64,000 nucleotides of DNA from an uncultured Phycisphaerales bacterium (GCA_963755915.1 CAVWLP010000002.1:3296001-3360000); one strand, 5' to 3'; shown: positions 43,315-54,633, counted from the stretch's first letter. Translations and numbers: made by a program. The notes: a model not told the origin generated them from the sequence alone.

Positions 43315-43410
43315 AACAGCGCAGGGAAACAGCGCAGCAATTGCCGGTTTCGGCGCAGGTTCAGCTTTGCTAAGAGAAAGGCGACGCTGAATTTTCCGAA
43401 TGAACTGTTG

Positions 43411-43426
43411 TGGCACGCGGTTTGTT
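43411..43426 (+). promoter_or_regulatory. Putative sigma-54 (-24/-12) promoter of flgB
   Basis: TGGCAC-GCGGT-TTGT with correct spacing (one mismatch to TTGC), directly after a sigma-54 activator gene. Confidence 0.65.
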
Positions 43427-43440
43427 GTTGGAGGTACTGA

Positions 43441-43839
43441 ATGTTTATTGATCGGTTGCTAAATCAGGGAAGTGAGCCGGTACTTGAGCAGACGCTTCAA
43501 TTTACCGAAGCGCGGCAGCGGCTTCTCGCCGAAGATGTGGCGAATTCTTCTACGCCGAATTATGTGCAGAAGGACCTGTCCCTCGATCAATTTCAGAAGG
43601 TTCTTGTCAAGAAGATCGACGAGCAGTCGTCGGAAGTGCCGGGAACCGTCAGTTTCCAGGACGTCTCGATGGACATTCAGCATCCGGACCACGGCATTCT
43701 GTTTCACGACGGCAACAACCGCTCGATGGAACAGCTTATGAGCGACCAGGCCAAGAACGCACTGATGCATAACATGGCGGTCGAGCTGCTCCGCGACCAG
43801 TATTCGATGATTGAAACCGCATTGAAGGAAGGGAAATAA
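43441..43839 (+). CDS. flgB: Flagellar basal-body rod protein FlgB
   Basis: RQRLLAEDVANSSTPNYVQKDL and DGNNRSME. Confidence 0.9.
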   Translation: MFIDRLLNQGSEPVLEQTLQFTEARQRLLAEDVANSSTPNYVQKDLSLDQFQKVLVKKIDEQSSEVPGTVSFQDVSMDIQHPDHGILFHDGNNRSMEQLMSDQAKNALMHNMAVELLRDQYSMIETALKEGK

Positions 43840-43842
43840 ACA

Positions 43843-44248
43843 ATGTTTGACATTTTGGACATGGGAGCCAGTGCGTTGACGGCGCAGCGGATCCGGATGG
43901 ATACGATTGCCGGCAACATCGCCAACATCAACACGCTTCGCGACGCCAGCGGCAAGCACGAATCCCTATCGCCGGCGATTTGTGGTCTTTGCCCCGGGGC
44001 AGGCGGATGATCCGAGCAAGCCAGGCGTGCACGTGCAGCAGGTGCGGGTCGATCAGTCGCCGCTTCCGAAGCGATTTGATCCGGGAAATCCGGATGCAGA
44101 CAAGGACGGTTACGTCAGCTATCCGAACGTCGATCTGGCGATTGAGTTCGTGAACGCCCTGGAAGCCTCGCGGGCGTACGAAGCGAACGTGACCATGATG
44201 GACACTGCGAAGTCGATGTTTAATTCGAGCTTGCGTTTGCTGGCATAA
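43843..44248 (+). CDS. flgC: Flagellar basal-body rod protein FlgC (frameshift ~43955)
   Basis: ASALTAQRIRMDTIAGNIANINT, then NPYRRR and DPGNPDADKDGYVSYPNV...ASRAYEAN. Confidence 0.93.
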
Positions 44249-44265
44249 GCACGAAGATTTGACCG

Positions 44266-44577
44266 ATGATGATCGACCCCACGAGCGGCGGGCTTGGCAA
44301 TGTCGGCGGCATCACGCCGGCAGGGGGGCAAACGCCAGGTTCGGGCGCCCAGCCGGCGAGCAGCTTCTCCGATGTGCTCAAGAAAAGCATCGAAGAGGTG
44401 TCGAAGCTTCAGCAGGACGCATCGCAGGCCGTCGATGCGGTTTCAACCGGACAAACAGAAAACGTCACCGGCGTGATGAGCGCGGTGGAAAAAGCCGACC
44501 TCGCGTTTAAGACACTTTTGGCGATTCGCTCGAAACTGATGGATGCGTATGATGAGATTAAACAGATATCCATCTAG
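44266..44577 (+). CDS. fliE: Flagellar hook-basal body protein FliE
   Basis: SFSDVLK and EKADLAFKTLLAIRSKLMDAYDEI. Confidence 0.93.
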   Translation: MMIDPTSGGLGNVGGITPAGGQTPGSGAQPASSFSDVLKKSIEEVSKLQQDASQAVDAVSTGQTENVTGVMSAVEKADLAFKTLLAIRSKLMDAYDEIKQISI

Positions 44578-44618
44578 TTTTTGTTCACGGCAGTCGCGGG
44601 ACTCGAAATTTATTTTTT

Positions 44619-44663
44619 AGGCCCTCACCCCAACCCTCTCCCGGAGTACCGGGAGAGGGGGTA
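44619..44663. repeat. REP-like palindromic repeat, copy 2 (fliE-fliF intergenic)
   Basis: AGGCCCTCACCCCAACCCTCTCCCGGAGTACCGGGAGAGGGGGTA. Confidence 0.8.
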
Positions 44664-44765
44664 AGAGGTTTTTGCTCCGGCTGTTGCAATTTGGAGCACA
44701 GCATGTTCTAACACCAGCAACGTTCGCAGGATGCGAATCAAGTCTCGGCCAAGGAGGGCTGAGCG

Positions 44766-46410
44766 ATGGATTTCCTCAAAGCCCAGATCACCCGCATACA
44801 AGAGCAGCTTGCCGGGCTCAGCAGCCACCCAGAAGATGCTGGTTTTCTGCCTGCTGACCATCATGGTTATGACGCTGGTCTGGTGGTCGCGCTGGGCGGC
44901 AGAGCCGGAAATGTCACCGCTGCTGGATCAGTCGCTTACCACCGAGGACATCGGCCAGATCTCCGCAAATCTCGACGCCCGCGATATTCCGCACACCGTG
45001 AATGGCGACAAGGTTCTGGTTCCCGCGGACCGGAAGATGGAAATCCTTGCCACGCTGGGATATTCCAACGCGCTTCCTCGCGATTTCGACAAGGGGTTTG
45101 ACGCGATCATCAAGGAGATGAACTGGCTCGATCCGCCGGACAAAACCGCGGAGATGTTTTTGCGGGCCCGGGAGCAGACGCTTTCGGCGATGATGCGCAA
45201 CTGGCCGGGGGTTTCCGATGCGGAAGTGGTGATCGATCCGCACACGGATCGCGACATCGGCTCCAACGACGCGGTTCCCGTGGCGACGGTTACGCTGACG
45301 ACCGGCCGCGATGACCAGATGTCGGCGCGGCAACTGGCTCAATCGGCGGCGGCCGTTGTCTGCGGTGCGCAGGCGGGTTTGCTGCGAAGCAATGTCAACG
45401 TCGTTATCGACGGCGTTTCATATCCCGTGAAAGATCACACTGACCAGACCACAATCGGGGACGACGGCGATCCCGTGCAGATGCAGAAGAATTGGGAAGA
45501 CCTGTATACGCAAAAGATCGAGAACTCGCTGTCTGATATTCACGGCTTGTTTGTGTCGGTGACTGTGAAGCTGGATACCTCGCTTTCGCGAAAGACTATT
45601 CATACCGTCGATCCCAAGCAGATCGTCTCGGTGCCGACGAAAACCGAGGAGACCAATTCGGAGACGCAGGCCGAGCCGGCTGCTTCGCAGGACCCTGGGG
45701 CGGTGTCGAACACCGCGCTGTCGCTGCCGTCGTCGGGCGGCGGGGGGGGCGGAAATACCAGCAGCTCCGATTCCACTGAGCTCAAAGCCGATTACAGCAA
45801 CACCGATGAACAGGTGACCCAGGAGGGGGGAATGGCGACGGTGGAATCGGCGTCGGTTCGCGTTCCGCGCAGCTACTTTGTCGACCAGTATAAAAATGAG
45901 AACGATGGGAAGGACCCGGACGACCCCGCGGCGTTTAAGGCGTTTATTGATGACACCTCGCAGAAGATTCACAACGTGGTGAAGGGTTGTGCGGTTTTTC
46001 CCAGCGACGATGCGCTGGTCGTTGAGGAATACAGCGATGCAGTGCCGCCGGAGCTTCCGCTGGGTCAGCAGGCGGCTGCCTCTCCGCTCAATGGCATCGT
46101 CACGAAGCACAGCAAGGAGCTGGGGATTGGAGTGCTGGCGGTCGTGAGCTTGTTCATGGTTTCGATGATGGCTCGCAAGGGGGCGGTGACTCCGGCGCTG
46201 GCCCAGGGTTTGCCAGAGGCCGATCCGCAGACGCTGAAGTCGGGCGAAACCGTAGTGGGCAACGCCGCGGAAAACAGTGCGACGCTCGATGGAATGGAAC
46301 TGGACGATGAAACGGTCAAGGCACAGCAAATGGTGGACCAGGTGCAACAGATGGTTTCCGCCAACCCGGAAGCTGCCGCGAATCTAGTGAAGCGCTGGCT
46401 TAACCGATAG
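44766..46410 (+). CDS. fliF: Flagellar MS-ring protein FliF (frameshift ~44825)
   Basis: SD GGAGG + MDFLKAQITRIQEQLAGLS, two TM helices, C-terminal NPEAAANLVKRWL; located between fliE and fliG. Confidence 0.88.
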
Positions 46411-46418
46411 GGTGATAT

Positions 46419-47423
46419 ATGGGAGAGGTCAACGGCGTACGAAAATCGGCGATTCTGCTGCTATCGCTTCCTCAGGAGCAGGCGGCGGAAATCCTCAAGC
46501 GGCTTCCGCCCGAGGCGGTTGAGGAAGTCAGCCGGGAAATTGCCGGGATACGCGACGTCGCCGCTGATTCGCGAAAGGAAGTTTTCGGGGAGTTTTACAA
46601 TCTGGCGCTGGCCAACTCCTATCTCAACGAGGGTGGACTTGAATATGCCAAGGCGCTGATTCGCAAGTCGATGGGCGATGACGACGCGAATCGGGTGATC
46701 AAGCAGGTGACGCAGCAGGTGCAGACTACGCCGTTTTCGTTCCTTCAGAAGGCCGAAAGCGAAAACCTTCTGACGTTTATCCAGGACGAGCATCCGCAGA
46801 CGATTGCTTTGATCCTGGCACACCTTCCGCCGCAGAAGGCGAGCGAAATTCTTGTGGGGCTTCCGAATCAGAAGCAGATCGAGGTTGTGAAGCGCGTCGC
46901 CAACATGGAGCAGACCAATCCCGAGGTGATCCGGGAGGTGGAGCGGGGGCTGGAGCATCGGCTTTCTGACATCGTCAGCCAGACGTTTGAAAAAGCGGGG
47001 GGCGTGGATACCGTCGCGGAGATTCTCAATCTCGCGGATCGATCGACGGAAAAGGGAATCATGGAAGGCCTCGAGGCGGAGGACCCCGACCTGGTCGAGC
47101 AGATCCGGCGCCTGATGTTCGTCTTCGAAGATATTTTGCTGGTCAACGACAAGGGGATTCAGTCGGTGCTGAAAGAAGTGGACAACGAGGAGCTGGCGCT
47201 GGCGTTAAAGACGGCCAGCGAAGACCTGAAGCAGAAGATTTTCAAGAATATGTCGGAGCGTGCGGCGCAACTGATTCAGGAAGATATGCAATATATGGGG
47301 CCGGTTCGCGTCAGCGACGTGGAATCGGCGCAGCAGAAGATCGTGGATGTCGTTCGCCGGCTGGAAGATGCGGGCGAAATCATCATCGCGGGCCGGGGCG
47401 GGGAAAAGGAAATGGTTGTCTGA
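46419..47423 (+). CDS. fliG: Flagellar motor switch protein FliG
   Basis: KSAILLLSL, GGLEYA, EHPQTIALIL, MFVFED and MGPVRVSDVE. Confidence 0.98.
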   Translation: MGEVNGVRKSAILLLSLPQEQAAEILKRLPPEAVEEVSREIAGIRDVAADSRKEVFGEFYNLALANSYLNEGGLEYAKALIRKSMGDDDANRVIKQVTQQVQTTPFSFLQKAESENLLTFIQDEHPQTIALILAHLPPQKASEILVGLPNQKQIEVVKRVANMEQTNPEVIREVERGLEHRLSDIVSQTFEKAGGVDTVAEILNLADRSTEKGIMEGLEAEDPDLVEQIRRLMFVFEDILLVNDKGIQSVLKEVDNEELALALKTASEDLKQKIFKNMSERAAQLIQEDMQYMGPVRVSDVESAQQKIVDVVRRLEDAGEIIIAGRGGEKEMVV

Positions 47424-47488
47424 TCGGTTTCGTTGCTTAGTCGCGACCCGAAGGGAATCGGGTCTCAATCGATTTCACGGAGGAAATC

Positions 47489-48214
47489 ATGGGCCTCATC
47501 AAAGCCACCGACGTTCCGCTGGGCGTTTCCGCGTTTTCGATGCAGGATATCGAGGCGGCGGCGCGAATCGGTGCTTCTCCGGCGCCCGGGAAGGCCGACC
47601 AGATCATCGCCGGGGCACGCCGGAGTCGGAACAGATCAAGCAGCGGGCGAAAACCGAAGGGCTGGCCGAAGGGCGTCAGCAGGGGCGGCGCGAGGGGTTT
47701 GAGGAAGGCCGGAAATCGGGGCACGCCGCAGGCCCTGGCGCAAAACAGCGAGGCGATGAAGCAGCTGATCAATTCCCTTACCGAGGCGTGCCGGGATTTG
47801 GACGATGGCCGCGATCAGCTTCACACGCATGCCATCAGCGAGGTCGTGGGGCTCGCCAGCGCAATCGCTCGCAAAGTCATCAGCGCCGGGAGGCGAATAT
47901 CGATGATACGGTTCTGCGCGGAATTTGAAGGAGGCGCTGTCGCTGGCGGTTCACGCTGCCGACGTGCGAATCGCGGTGAATCCGGCGCAGCTCAAGACGC
48001 TTCAGGCAGAGATTCCAAATCTGCGCCTGGCGTGGCCGCAATTGAAACACATCGAACTGGCGGAAGATGCGGGACCTCGCCCGGCGGAGCGCGGGTTTTC
48101 ACCGCGCAGGGGCAGATCGACGCGGATGTGGATGTACAGCTCGATCGAATTATCGCGGATCTGCTTCCGGAAATGCGCGGAGGGGAAGTTGACCTATCTC
48201 GCCTCGCAAGTTGA
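47489..48214 (+). CDS. fliH: Flagellar assembly protein FliH (several frameshifts)
   Basis: GxxxG repeats (EGLAEGRQQGRREGFEEGRKSG), IARKVI, IAVNP and GQIDADV across frames. Confidence 0.82.
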   Translation: MGLIKATDVPLGVSAFSMQDIEAAARIGASPAPGKADQIIAGARRSRNRSSSGRKPKGWPKGVSRGGARGLRKAGNRGTPQALAQNSEAMKQLINSLTEACRDLDDGRDQLHTHAISEVVGLASAIARKVISAGRRISMIRFCAEFEGGAVAGGSRCRRANRGESGAAQDASGRDSKSAPGVAAIETHRTGGRCGTSPGGARVFTAQGQIDADVDVQLDRIIADLLPEMRGGEVDLSRLAS

Positions 48215-49564
48215 CGCGGTCGAAGCGCGCTTGCCATATCGCGTGGTCGGGCGGGTGCAGGCGATTGGGGGTCTAACGATCGAAGCCAGCGACCTGTCGC
48301 TGCCCGTGGGATCGCTTTGCAAAATCATCAGCATGGGAGGCTCGGAAAGTATTGCCGAAGTGGTAGGTTTTCAGCACGACCGAACACTGCTGATGTCTCT
48401 TGAATCGTCTTCGGGCGTTTCGCGGGGAGATTGCGTTGAGAGATCTCGGCGGCGCCCGACCATCAACTGCACGCATCGGATGCTCGGCCGCGTGCTGAAT
48501 GGACTTGGCAATCCGATTGACGGGCGCGAATCGCTTCCCCTGGGAATTCGACGCCGGATCGATGCGCTGTGCGGTTGAGCCGATGTAGCGGGTCAACATC
48601 GATAAGCCCATTTCCACGAGCGTTCGTTGCGTCGATGCGCTGCACACCTGCGGGCTTGGGCAGCGTATGGGAATATTCTCCGGCCCGGGCGTCGGCAAAA
48701 GCACGCTGCTCGGCCAGATCGCGAAGCACACTAGCGCCGATGTATCCGTCGTCGCGCTTGTCGGCGAGCGCGGCCGCGAGGTGCAGGAATTCCTGCAGAA
48801 AATCCTGGGTGAACATGGGCTGCGTCGATGCGTCGTCATTGTCAGCAGCGGAGACGAAGCGCCGCTGCTTCGCGTGCGGAGCGTGAAGGTTGCCTGCACG
48901 ATCGCCGAGTTTTTCAGCGACGAGGGGATGAACGTCCTGCTGATGGTCGATTCGATCACGCCGCATGTGCCACGCACAGCGGCAGATCGGGTTGGCGGCG
49001 CGGGAGCCGCCGGCGACCAAGGGATATCCGCCGAGCGTGTTCGCTATTTTGCCGCAGGTTTTGGAACGAGCCGGCCGGAGCAAGCGCGGGTCGATCACGG
49101 GGTATTATACGGTTCTTGTTGAAGGGGACGATTTTAATGAGCCGATTTCCGACGCCGTGAAGGGGATCGTCGATGGCCATCTCTGGCTCAGCCGGTCGCT
49201 GGCGAATCGTTCGCATTTTCCGGCGATCGACGTTCTCCAGAGCATCAGCCGCGTGCGCGGCGAGGTTATTGGGTCAGAGCAGCTTGGCCATATCCGACGG
49301 GTCATGAAGCTGATTGCCGTCTATCAGGACATCGAAGATCTCGTCAACATCGGGGCATATGTCCCCGGCGTGAACATGGAATTCGACATGGCCGTTCAGT
49401 CGCGGCCGCGCATTCTTCAGTTTCTTCAGCAGGATTCGAATTCACCGTTGAAAATGGAGCAATCGGTGACGCAGCTTGGTGAATTGTCGCTGTGGCTGGA
49501 CCAGTTGGAAAAGGCCCTTCGGGCCCAGGCGCAGAAAGCCAAACCCGCGGCCGCGGCGAAATGA
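48189..49564 (+). CDS. fliI: Flagellar export ATPase FliI (frameshifts; in-frame TAG ~48586)
   Basis: GRVLNGLGNPID, GPGVGKS, VGERGREV, MVDSIT, KGYPPS, GSIT, DGHLWLSR and FPAIDVLQSISR. Confidence 0.93.
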
Positions 49565-49575
49565 TCTGATTTCCC

Positions 49576-50064
49576 ATGCCCCGCTTTACTTTCCAACTCG
49601 AAGGTGTTCTTCGTCATCGAACGAATATCGAGCACCAACGCAAACGCGAGCTGGCCGTGATCCAATCGCAGATGGCGGTGCTTGATGCGGAACTGCGCGG
49701 TCTGGACGCTTCAGTCCGTGCTTCGGATGAAGATCTAAGAAAGAATCGCCTGACGGGTCGCCTGGATTTGGCGTTTCTCGCGGCCCATCGCCGATATTCT
49801 GTGGCCATGCACCGCAAGGCGATGGGGATTGCACAGAAAATGGGCGCGGTGAAAGTACACATCGACCAGGCGACGCGCAATCTCGCCGAAGCCGCCCGGG
49901 GGCGCAAGATAATGGAGAAGCTCAAAGAACGCCAGTTCAACCGCTGGCGCGAGGAGATTCGCCGCCGCGAGGACGTGGAAATGGACGAAATCGCCATGCA
50001 CATCGGCCACGACAATTTCGTTCATGCGGGCGGCACAAGCCGGAGCGAAGGGGGGCGTGAATGA
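49576..50064 (+). CDS. fliJ: Flagellar export protein FliJ
   Basis: FTFQLEGVLRHR, coiled coil, KIMEKLKER and EMDE. Confidence 0.88.
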   Translation: MPRFTFQLEGVLRHRTNIEHQRKRELAVIQSQMAVLDAELRGLDASVRASDEDLRKNRLTGRLDLAFLAAHRRYSVAMHRKAMGIAQKMGAVKVHIDQATRNLAEAARGRKIMEKLKERQFNRWREEIRRREDVEMDEIAMHIGHDNFVHAGGTSRSEGGRE

Positions 50065-50740
50065 AAAAGCTCCTGCTGATTCTGGCCTTCACGCTGGCGC
50101 TGAATTTTCTGGGCGCCGTGGGGGGCGTTGCGTATCTCTTTCAATCGGGAAAACTTGATAAGGCGAAGCTCGCGCAAGTGAAGACGCTGATTTTCTCGCC
50201 ACCACCGCCTGCCGCGACCACGCAGCCCAGTGCGCCATCGTCATCGGCCCCGGGACCCCGGCTCAATCTTGCCGACCTCCTGGCCAGCCACGCCGGCCTC
50301 TCTGCCATCCAGCAGGTTGATTTCGTCCGCCGCACATTCGACGCCCAGATGATGCAGCTCGATCAGCGGCAGCGGGAACTGATGGACCTCAAAAAACAGA
50401 TTGATCTGGCCAACGCCAAGCTCGCTGCCGACCGGGCCGCGCTCGATAAAAGGGCAAAAGACCTTGCCGACCGGGAACAAGAGGCGCAGAAGCTCCAGAA
50501 CGATCAGGGTTTCCAGACGAGCTTGTCCCTGTACAGTGCCATGCCGTCGCGCCAGGTAAAAATATTTTCATGACGCTGAATGAAACAACGGTGCAGCAGT
50601 ACTTACAGGCGATGGACACGCGCACGGCCGGAAAAATTATCAAGGAATTCAAAACGAGTGACGAAACAGCATTCATCCAGCGCGTATTGGAGCGCATACG
50701 GCTGGCCCAGGTTTCAGCCACGGATGGTAAATCTCCATGA
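50061..50740 (+). CDS. MotE/YlxF-like flagellar protein (frameshift ~50560)
   Basis: N-terminal TM, coiled coil, LYSAMPSRQV...AMDTRTAGKII; the stop overlaps the fliK start (ATGA). Confidence 0.7.
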
Positions 50741-52026
50741 CCCCTTCGATTCAGAGCATCCTTCCCAACCCACCACCACCGCCCCCGCCAACTCCACCCA
50801 GCACGCAGCCGAGTTCACCGGAAGACAGCGATTTTTCGAAGCAATTGAGCAAGGCCCAATCAAAGCCGCAGTCTTCAACGCCTGCGGCGCAAGCTCAGTC
50901 GGCGCCCACAAATGCGCCCACCACGCCAACAAAACCGGAAAAGGATTCCGGGCAGTTGGGGGATCGTTCTAACTCGCAGCAGAAGCAGCAGAATACAACC
51001 TCGGCCAAGGGTGATACCGCCGTCGAAACTGAAACCGAGGTACAGACGGAGTCCGCGGATGAGCAGGCGAATTCGGCCGACACGGTGCAGAAATCTCCGC
51101 TCGCGGTCTTACTTAAATTGCCAAACGTGAATCTCGCACAAATTGCCCAGGCGACGAGCACGAAACCGGCGGCGACGAAATCGGCAAATCAAAAAGCGGC
51201 GCCGCAGACGAATCAAACAACGCAGAACGCTGCCGCACAGAATGCGGCTGCGACCGCGGCTACAACAGCGCAGACAAATACGAATAGCCCGTCGAAACCG
51301 ACCACGACTCAGAATGCTTCCGATGATTCTGATTCAACCGCCGATTCAACATTGAAGGCTTCCACTTCCCACGTCAACGTCTCACCCTTCACAGCCGAGA
51401 ATGCCGCCGCCGCAAATGCCGCGGCTGAAACCGAAACCACCGCTGCGACCGCCGCGGCTCCCACCACAGGCAAGGAAAAGGGCGCCGACGTTCCCACGAC
51501 TGCTTTTGCCGATCTGCTTCCCGCGCCGGCGCCAGCTTCTTCGCAGCCTGCGACGCCGGCCGTCGCCCCGCAGCCCACTGCGCCGCAAACCCCCGTCGCC
51601 CAATTCGCCCAGGCCAATCAGCAGTCCATCGTCTCCACGATCAACGGCAAGCTGCTCCCCAACGGCGGGACGATGAACATCACCCTCAACCCGCCCGATC
51701 TGGGCGCCATGCAGATCTCCGTCCACATGGAAAACGGCGTAATGTCCGCCTCATTCGAAACCAGCAGCGACCAGGCCACGCGCCTGCTGACGCACACCCT
51801 CGGCCAGCTCAAAAATGCCCTGGAAACGCAGGGGGTCAGCGTCGATCGCCTTCACGTCCGCCAGAGTTCAAGCTCCGACAGCTCTTCCAGCAACGATTCG
51901 GACAGCAACGGCCAATCCTCCAGCGACGGCCGCAGCGCCCAACAGGAGCAGCAGCGCCGCGAGACGCTTCGCCGCATGTGGCGGAAGATCCGGGGTGGAA
52001 ATGATCCGCTGGATCTGGTGGCTTGA
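50737..52026 (+). CDS. fliK: Flagellar hook-length control protein FliK
   Basis: Long low-complexity N-terminus and C-terminal ITLNPPDLG...LKNALETQG. Confidence 0.92.
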   Translation: MTPSIQSILPNPPPPPPPTPPSTQPSSPEDSDFSKQLSKAQSKPQSSTPAAQAQSAPTNAPTTPTKPEKDSGQLGDRSNSQQKQQNTTSAKGDTAVETETEVQTESADEQANSADTVQKSPLAVLLKLPNVNLAQIAQATSTKPAATKSANQKAAPQTNQTTQNAAAQNAAATAATTAQTNTNSPSKPTTTQNASDDSDSTADSTLKASTSHVNVSPFTAENAAAANAAAETETTAATAAAPTTGKEKGADVPTTAFADLLPAPAPASSQPATPAVAPQPTAPQTPVAQFAQANQQSIVSTINGKLLPNGGTMNITLNPPDLGAMQISVHMENGVMSASFETSSDQATRLLTHTLGQLKNALETQGVSVDRLHVRQSSSSDSSSSNDSDSNGQSSSDGRSAQQEQQRRETLRRMWRKIRGGNDPLDLVA

Positions 52027-52138
52027 ATCGCCCGATGCGCAGCTCTCGCTGCGCACGGGCGCAGATTTCGCTTTACTGCAAATTACCAGGTCCGATTTTT
52101 GATCGCCGCGAATATTTCCGGCCGAAAGGGTTTAAACC

Positions 52139-52603
52139 ATGAGTGCCATAAACTCTCTAAACTCGATTTTCAATTCCAACACGGCCCAGACGACTGCGGC
52201 CAACTCGTCTTCGAGCGGTTCGACGAACGCGAGCAATTCGCTCACGCCCAGCGACTTTATCAACTTCATGGTGACCGAGCTTCAGAACCAGAACCCGCTC
52301 GATCCCACCGACAGCAACGAAATGCTTCAGCAGATGAGCGAGATCGGACAGTTGCAATCGCAGGACAGCCTCCAGACCAACCTCACCAGCATGGTGCAGC
52401 AGAACCAGGTGTCGGCGGCGTCCAACATGATCGGCAAGCTCGTTCAGGGGACCGACCAGAACAGCAACGCCATCAGCGGCACCGTGACCGGCGTGCAGGT
52501 CAGCAGCAGCGGCGTCAGCCTGAGCCTTAACACCGGTGCGACGATGTCGATGGCGAATGTCACCGCAATCACCAACGCCCCGACCACAAACGGCGCTTCC
52601 TGA
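52139..52603 (+). CDS. flgD: Flagellar hook capping protein FlgD
   Basis: DFINFMVTELQNQNPLDP and ASNMIGKLV. Confidence 0.93.
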   Translation: MSAINSLNSIFNSNTAQTTAANSSSSGSTNASNSLTPSDFINFMVTELQNQNPLDPTDSNEMLQQMSEIGQLQSQDSLQTNLTSMVQQNQVSAASNMIGKLVQGTDQNSNAISGTVTGVQVSSSGVSLSLNTGATMSMANVTAITNAPTTNGAS

Positions 52604-52694
52604 TCGCGGCGGCGCAATTCTCCGTGCCGGCGACGGTTTTCGCCGTGGATATTGAATGAATCCGGATGTCCAAGAATTTCCAGGCGGGTTTTAA

Positions 52695-54422
52695 ATGTCA
52701 TTAGCCAGCTCACTTTTCACGGGACTATCCGGCCTCGACGCCAACCAGTCGTGGATGAACGTCGTGGCAAACAACATTGCCAACGCGAACACCACCGCGT
52801 TCAAATCCAGCAACGTCTCGTTCTCGTCGCAGTTTTACGTGACGGATCGCCCCAGCAGCGGGCCGAACGGTGATTTCGGCGGCACCAACCCAAGCCAGGA
52901 GGGCATGGGCGTGCAGGTCGCGGCCATCACCACCAATTACACCCCCGGCCAGATCCAGACAACCGGGGTTGATACCAACATGGCCATCAGCGGCAATGGC
53001 TTTTTTGTACTCAATTCCAGCCAGGGGCAGCAATACACCCGCGACGGCACGTTTTCGCTCAACGGGTCCAATCAGCTTGTGACCGGTTCCGGCGCTTATG
53101 TTCAAGGATACAGTGCCGATCAAAACGGGAACATCATTACCGGCAGCCTCGGGAACCTTACGATTCCGATCGGTCAGGCGACGATCGCCGCCGCCACCCA
53201 GAACGTCTCGCTGGAGGGAAATCTCGACACCAGCGGCCCTGTCGCCAGCGGCGCGACCATCCTCACCAGCCAGGACATTACGACCCTCGGCGGGGGCGCG
53301 GCGCCCGTCGGCACGACCCTGCTGACCAATCTCGCCAGCGCATCGGCCAACGGCGTGCCGCTGGTGGCTGTCAACGATGTGCTGACGGTCAGCGGCACGC
53401 AGGGGGGAAACAATCTGCCCACCCAATCTTTCACAGTCTCCCCCACTTCCACGTTGAATGACCTGCAAAACTTCCTAAACAATGCGCTGGCCATAAACAC
53501 CAGCGTCACGGGTCCGCCGGCTCCCGGCACCACCGTTCAGACAGGCACGGCTCCCAATTCGGTCGATCTGACCGTCATTGGCAACACCGGCAGCGCGAAT
53601 GCCATCACCCTCGGTTCGCAGGGACTTGTCGACACGACATCCAACACTACGCCGTTTGCGCTGAATGCCGGCACGGATATCGTTGGCCCCACAACCTACA
53701 CGGACAATCCGGTCGGCGAGAGCACCAACACCACGATTACCGCCTACGACTCGCTCGGCACGCCGATCACCATTAATCTGACAACTGTTCTCAAGAGCAG
53801 TAGCGTCGGCGGGGGAGATGTGTGGCAGTTCTACGCCTCGAGCCCCGACAATACGGGTGGGGCGGGCCCGATCGTCGGCACCGGAACACTGACCTACAAC
53901 AGCGCCGGCGCCCTGGTTTCAACAACCGGCACCCAGCTCTCCATCAACCGCACCGGCACCGGCGCCGCAAGCCCGCTGAACATTAACCTCAATTTCGGAA
54001 ACACCACGGCGTTATCGTCGACCAGTTCCAACGTCGTCATGTCCACCCAGGACGGCGAGCCGATCGGAACGCTTACTTCCTTCTCCGTCGGAGGGGATGG
54101 AACGATCACCGGCCAGTTCACCAACGGCCTGACCAAGACGCTCGGTCAGGTCGTGCTGGCCAATTTTAATAATCCCAACGGTTTGATCGCCCAGGGGGGC
54201 AATGTTTACATTTCGGGCCCCAACAGCGGCAATCCCGTCATCGGCGCCGCCACCGCCAACGGCACTGGAACGGTCGAATCCGGCGCGCTGGAGCAGAGCA
54301 ACGTGAATCTTTCGCAGGAATTCATCAACCTGATCATCGCCTCGACCGGTTTCAGCGCCTCCAGCAAGGTCATCACCACCAGCGACGAGCTTCTGACTGA
54401 CCTGCTCAATTCGCAGAGATAA
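52695..54422 (+). CDS. flgE: Flagellar hook protein FlgE
   Basis: SLFTGLSGL, NNIANANTTAFK, YTRDGTF and GALEQSNVNLSQEF. Confidence 0.96.
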   Translation: MSLASSLFTGLSGLDANQSWMNVVANNIANANTTAFKSSNVSFSSQFYVTDRPSSGPNGDFGGTNPSQEGMGVQVAAITTNYTPGQIQTTGVDTNMAISGNGFFVLNSSQGQQYTRDGTFSLNGSNQLVTGSGAYVQGYSADQNGNIITGSLGNLTIPIGQATIAAATQNVSLEGNLDTSGPVASGATILTSQDITTLGGGAAPVGTTLLTNLASASANGVPLVAVNDVLTVSGTQGGNNLPTQSFTVSPTSTLNDLQNFLNNALAINTSVTGPPAPGTTVQTGTAPNSVDLTVIGNTGSANAITLGSQGLVDTTSNTTPFALNAGTDIVGPTTYTDNPVGESTNTTITAYDSLGTPITINLTTVLKSSSVGGGDVWQFYASSPDNTGGAGPIVGTGTLTYNSAGALVSTTGTQLSINRTGTGAASPLNINLNFGNTTALSSTSSNVVMSTQDGEPIGTLTSFSVGGDGTITGQFTNGLTKTLGQVVLANFNNPNGLIAQGGNVYISGPNSGNPVIGAATANGTGTVESGALEQSNVNLSQEFINLIIASTGFSASSKVITTSDELLTDLLNSQR

Positions 54423-54438
54423 CCCATGAGGACCCATC

Positions 54439-54633
54439 ATGATCCAGCTCACTCGTCTTAACGGCCACGCATTTGTGATAAACGCCGAAAAAATCCGCTA
54501 TGTGGAGGCCACGCCCGACACGGTCGTTTGCTGCGACACCGGGGAAAAGATGATGGTGCAGGAGCCGATCGCCGAGGTCATCCGGCGGGCGATCGAATAC
54601 TCTCGCATCATCCGCCGCCCGATAACCGACTGA
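54439..54633 (+). CDS. flbD: Flagellar FlbD family protein
   Basis: MIQLTRLNG...INAEKIRYVEATPDT. Confidence 0.9.
   Translation: MIQLTRLNGHAFVINAEKIRYVEATPDTVVCCDTGEKMMVQEPIAEVIRRAIEYSRIIRRPITD

Noticed and set aside
16646-48590. Stop-codon reassignment suggested by an in-frame TGA (integrase) and TAGs (30411, ~48586)
   Set aside because: TAG and TGA end many intact genes here (fliE, fliF and the OmpA-like gene with TAG; fliG and fliP with TGA), so isolated substitutions are the simpler explanation.
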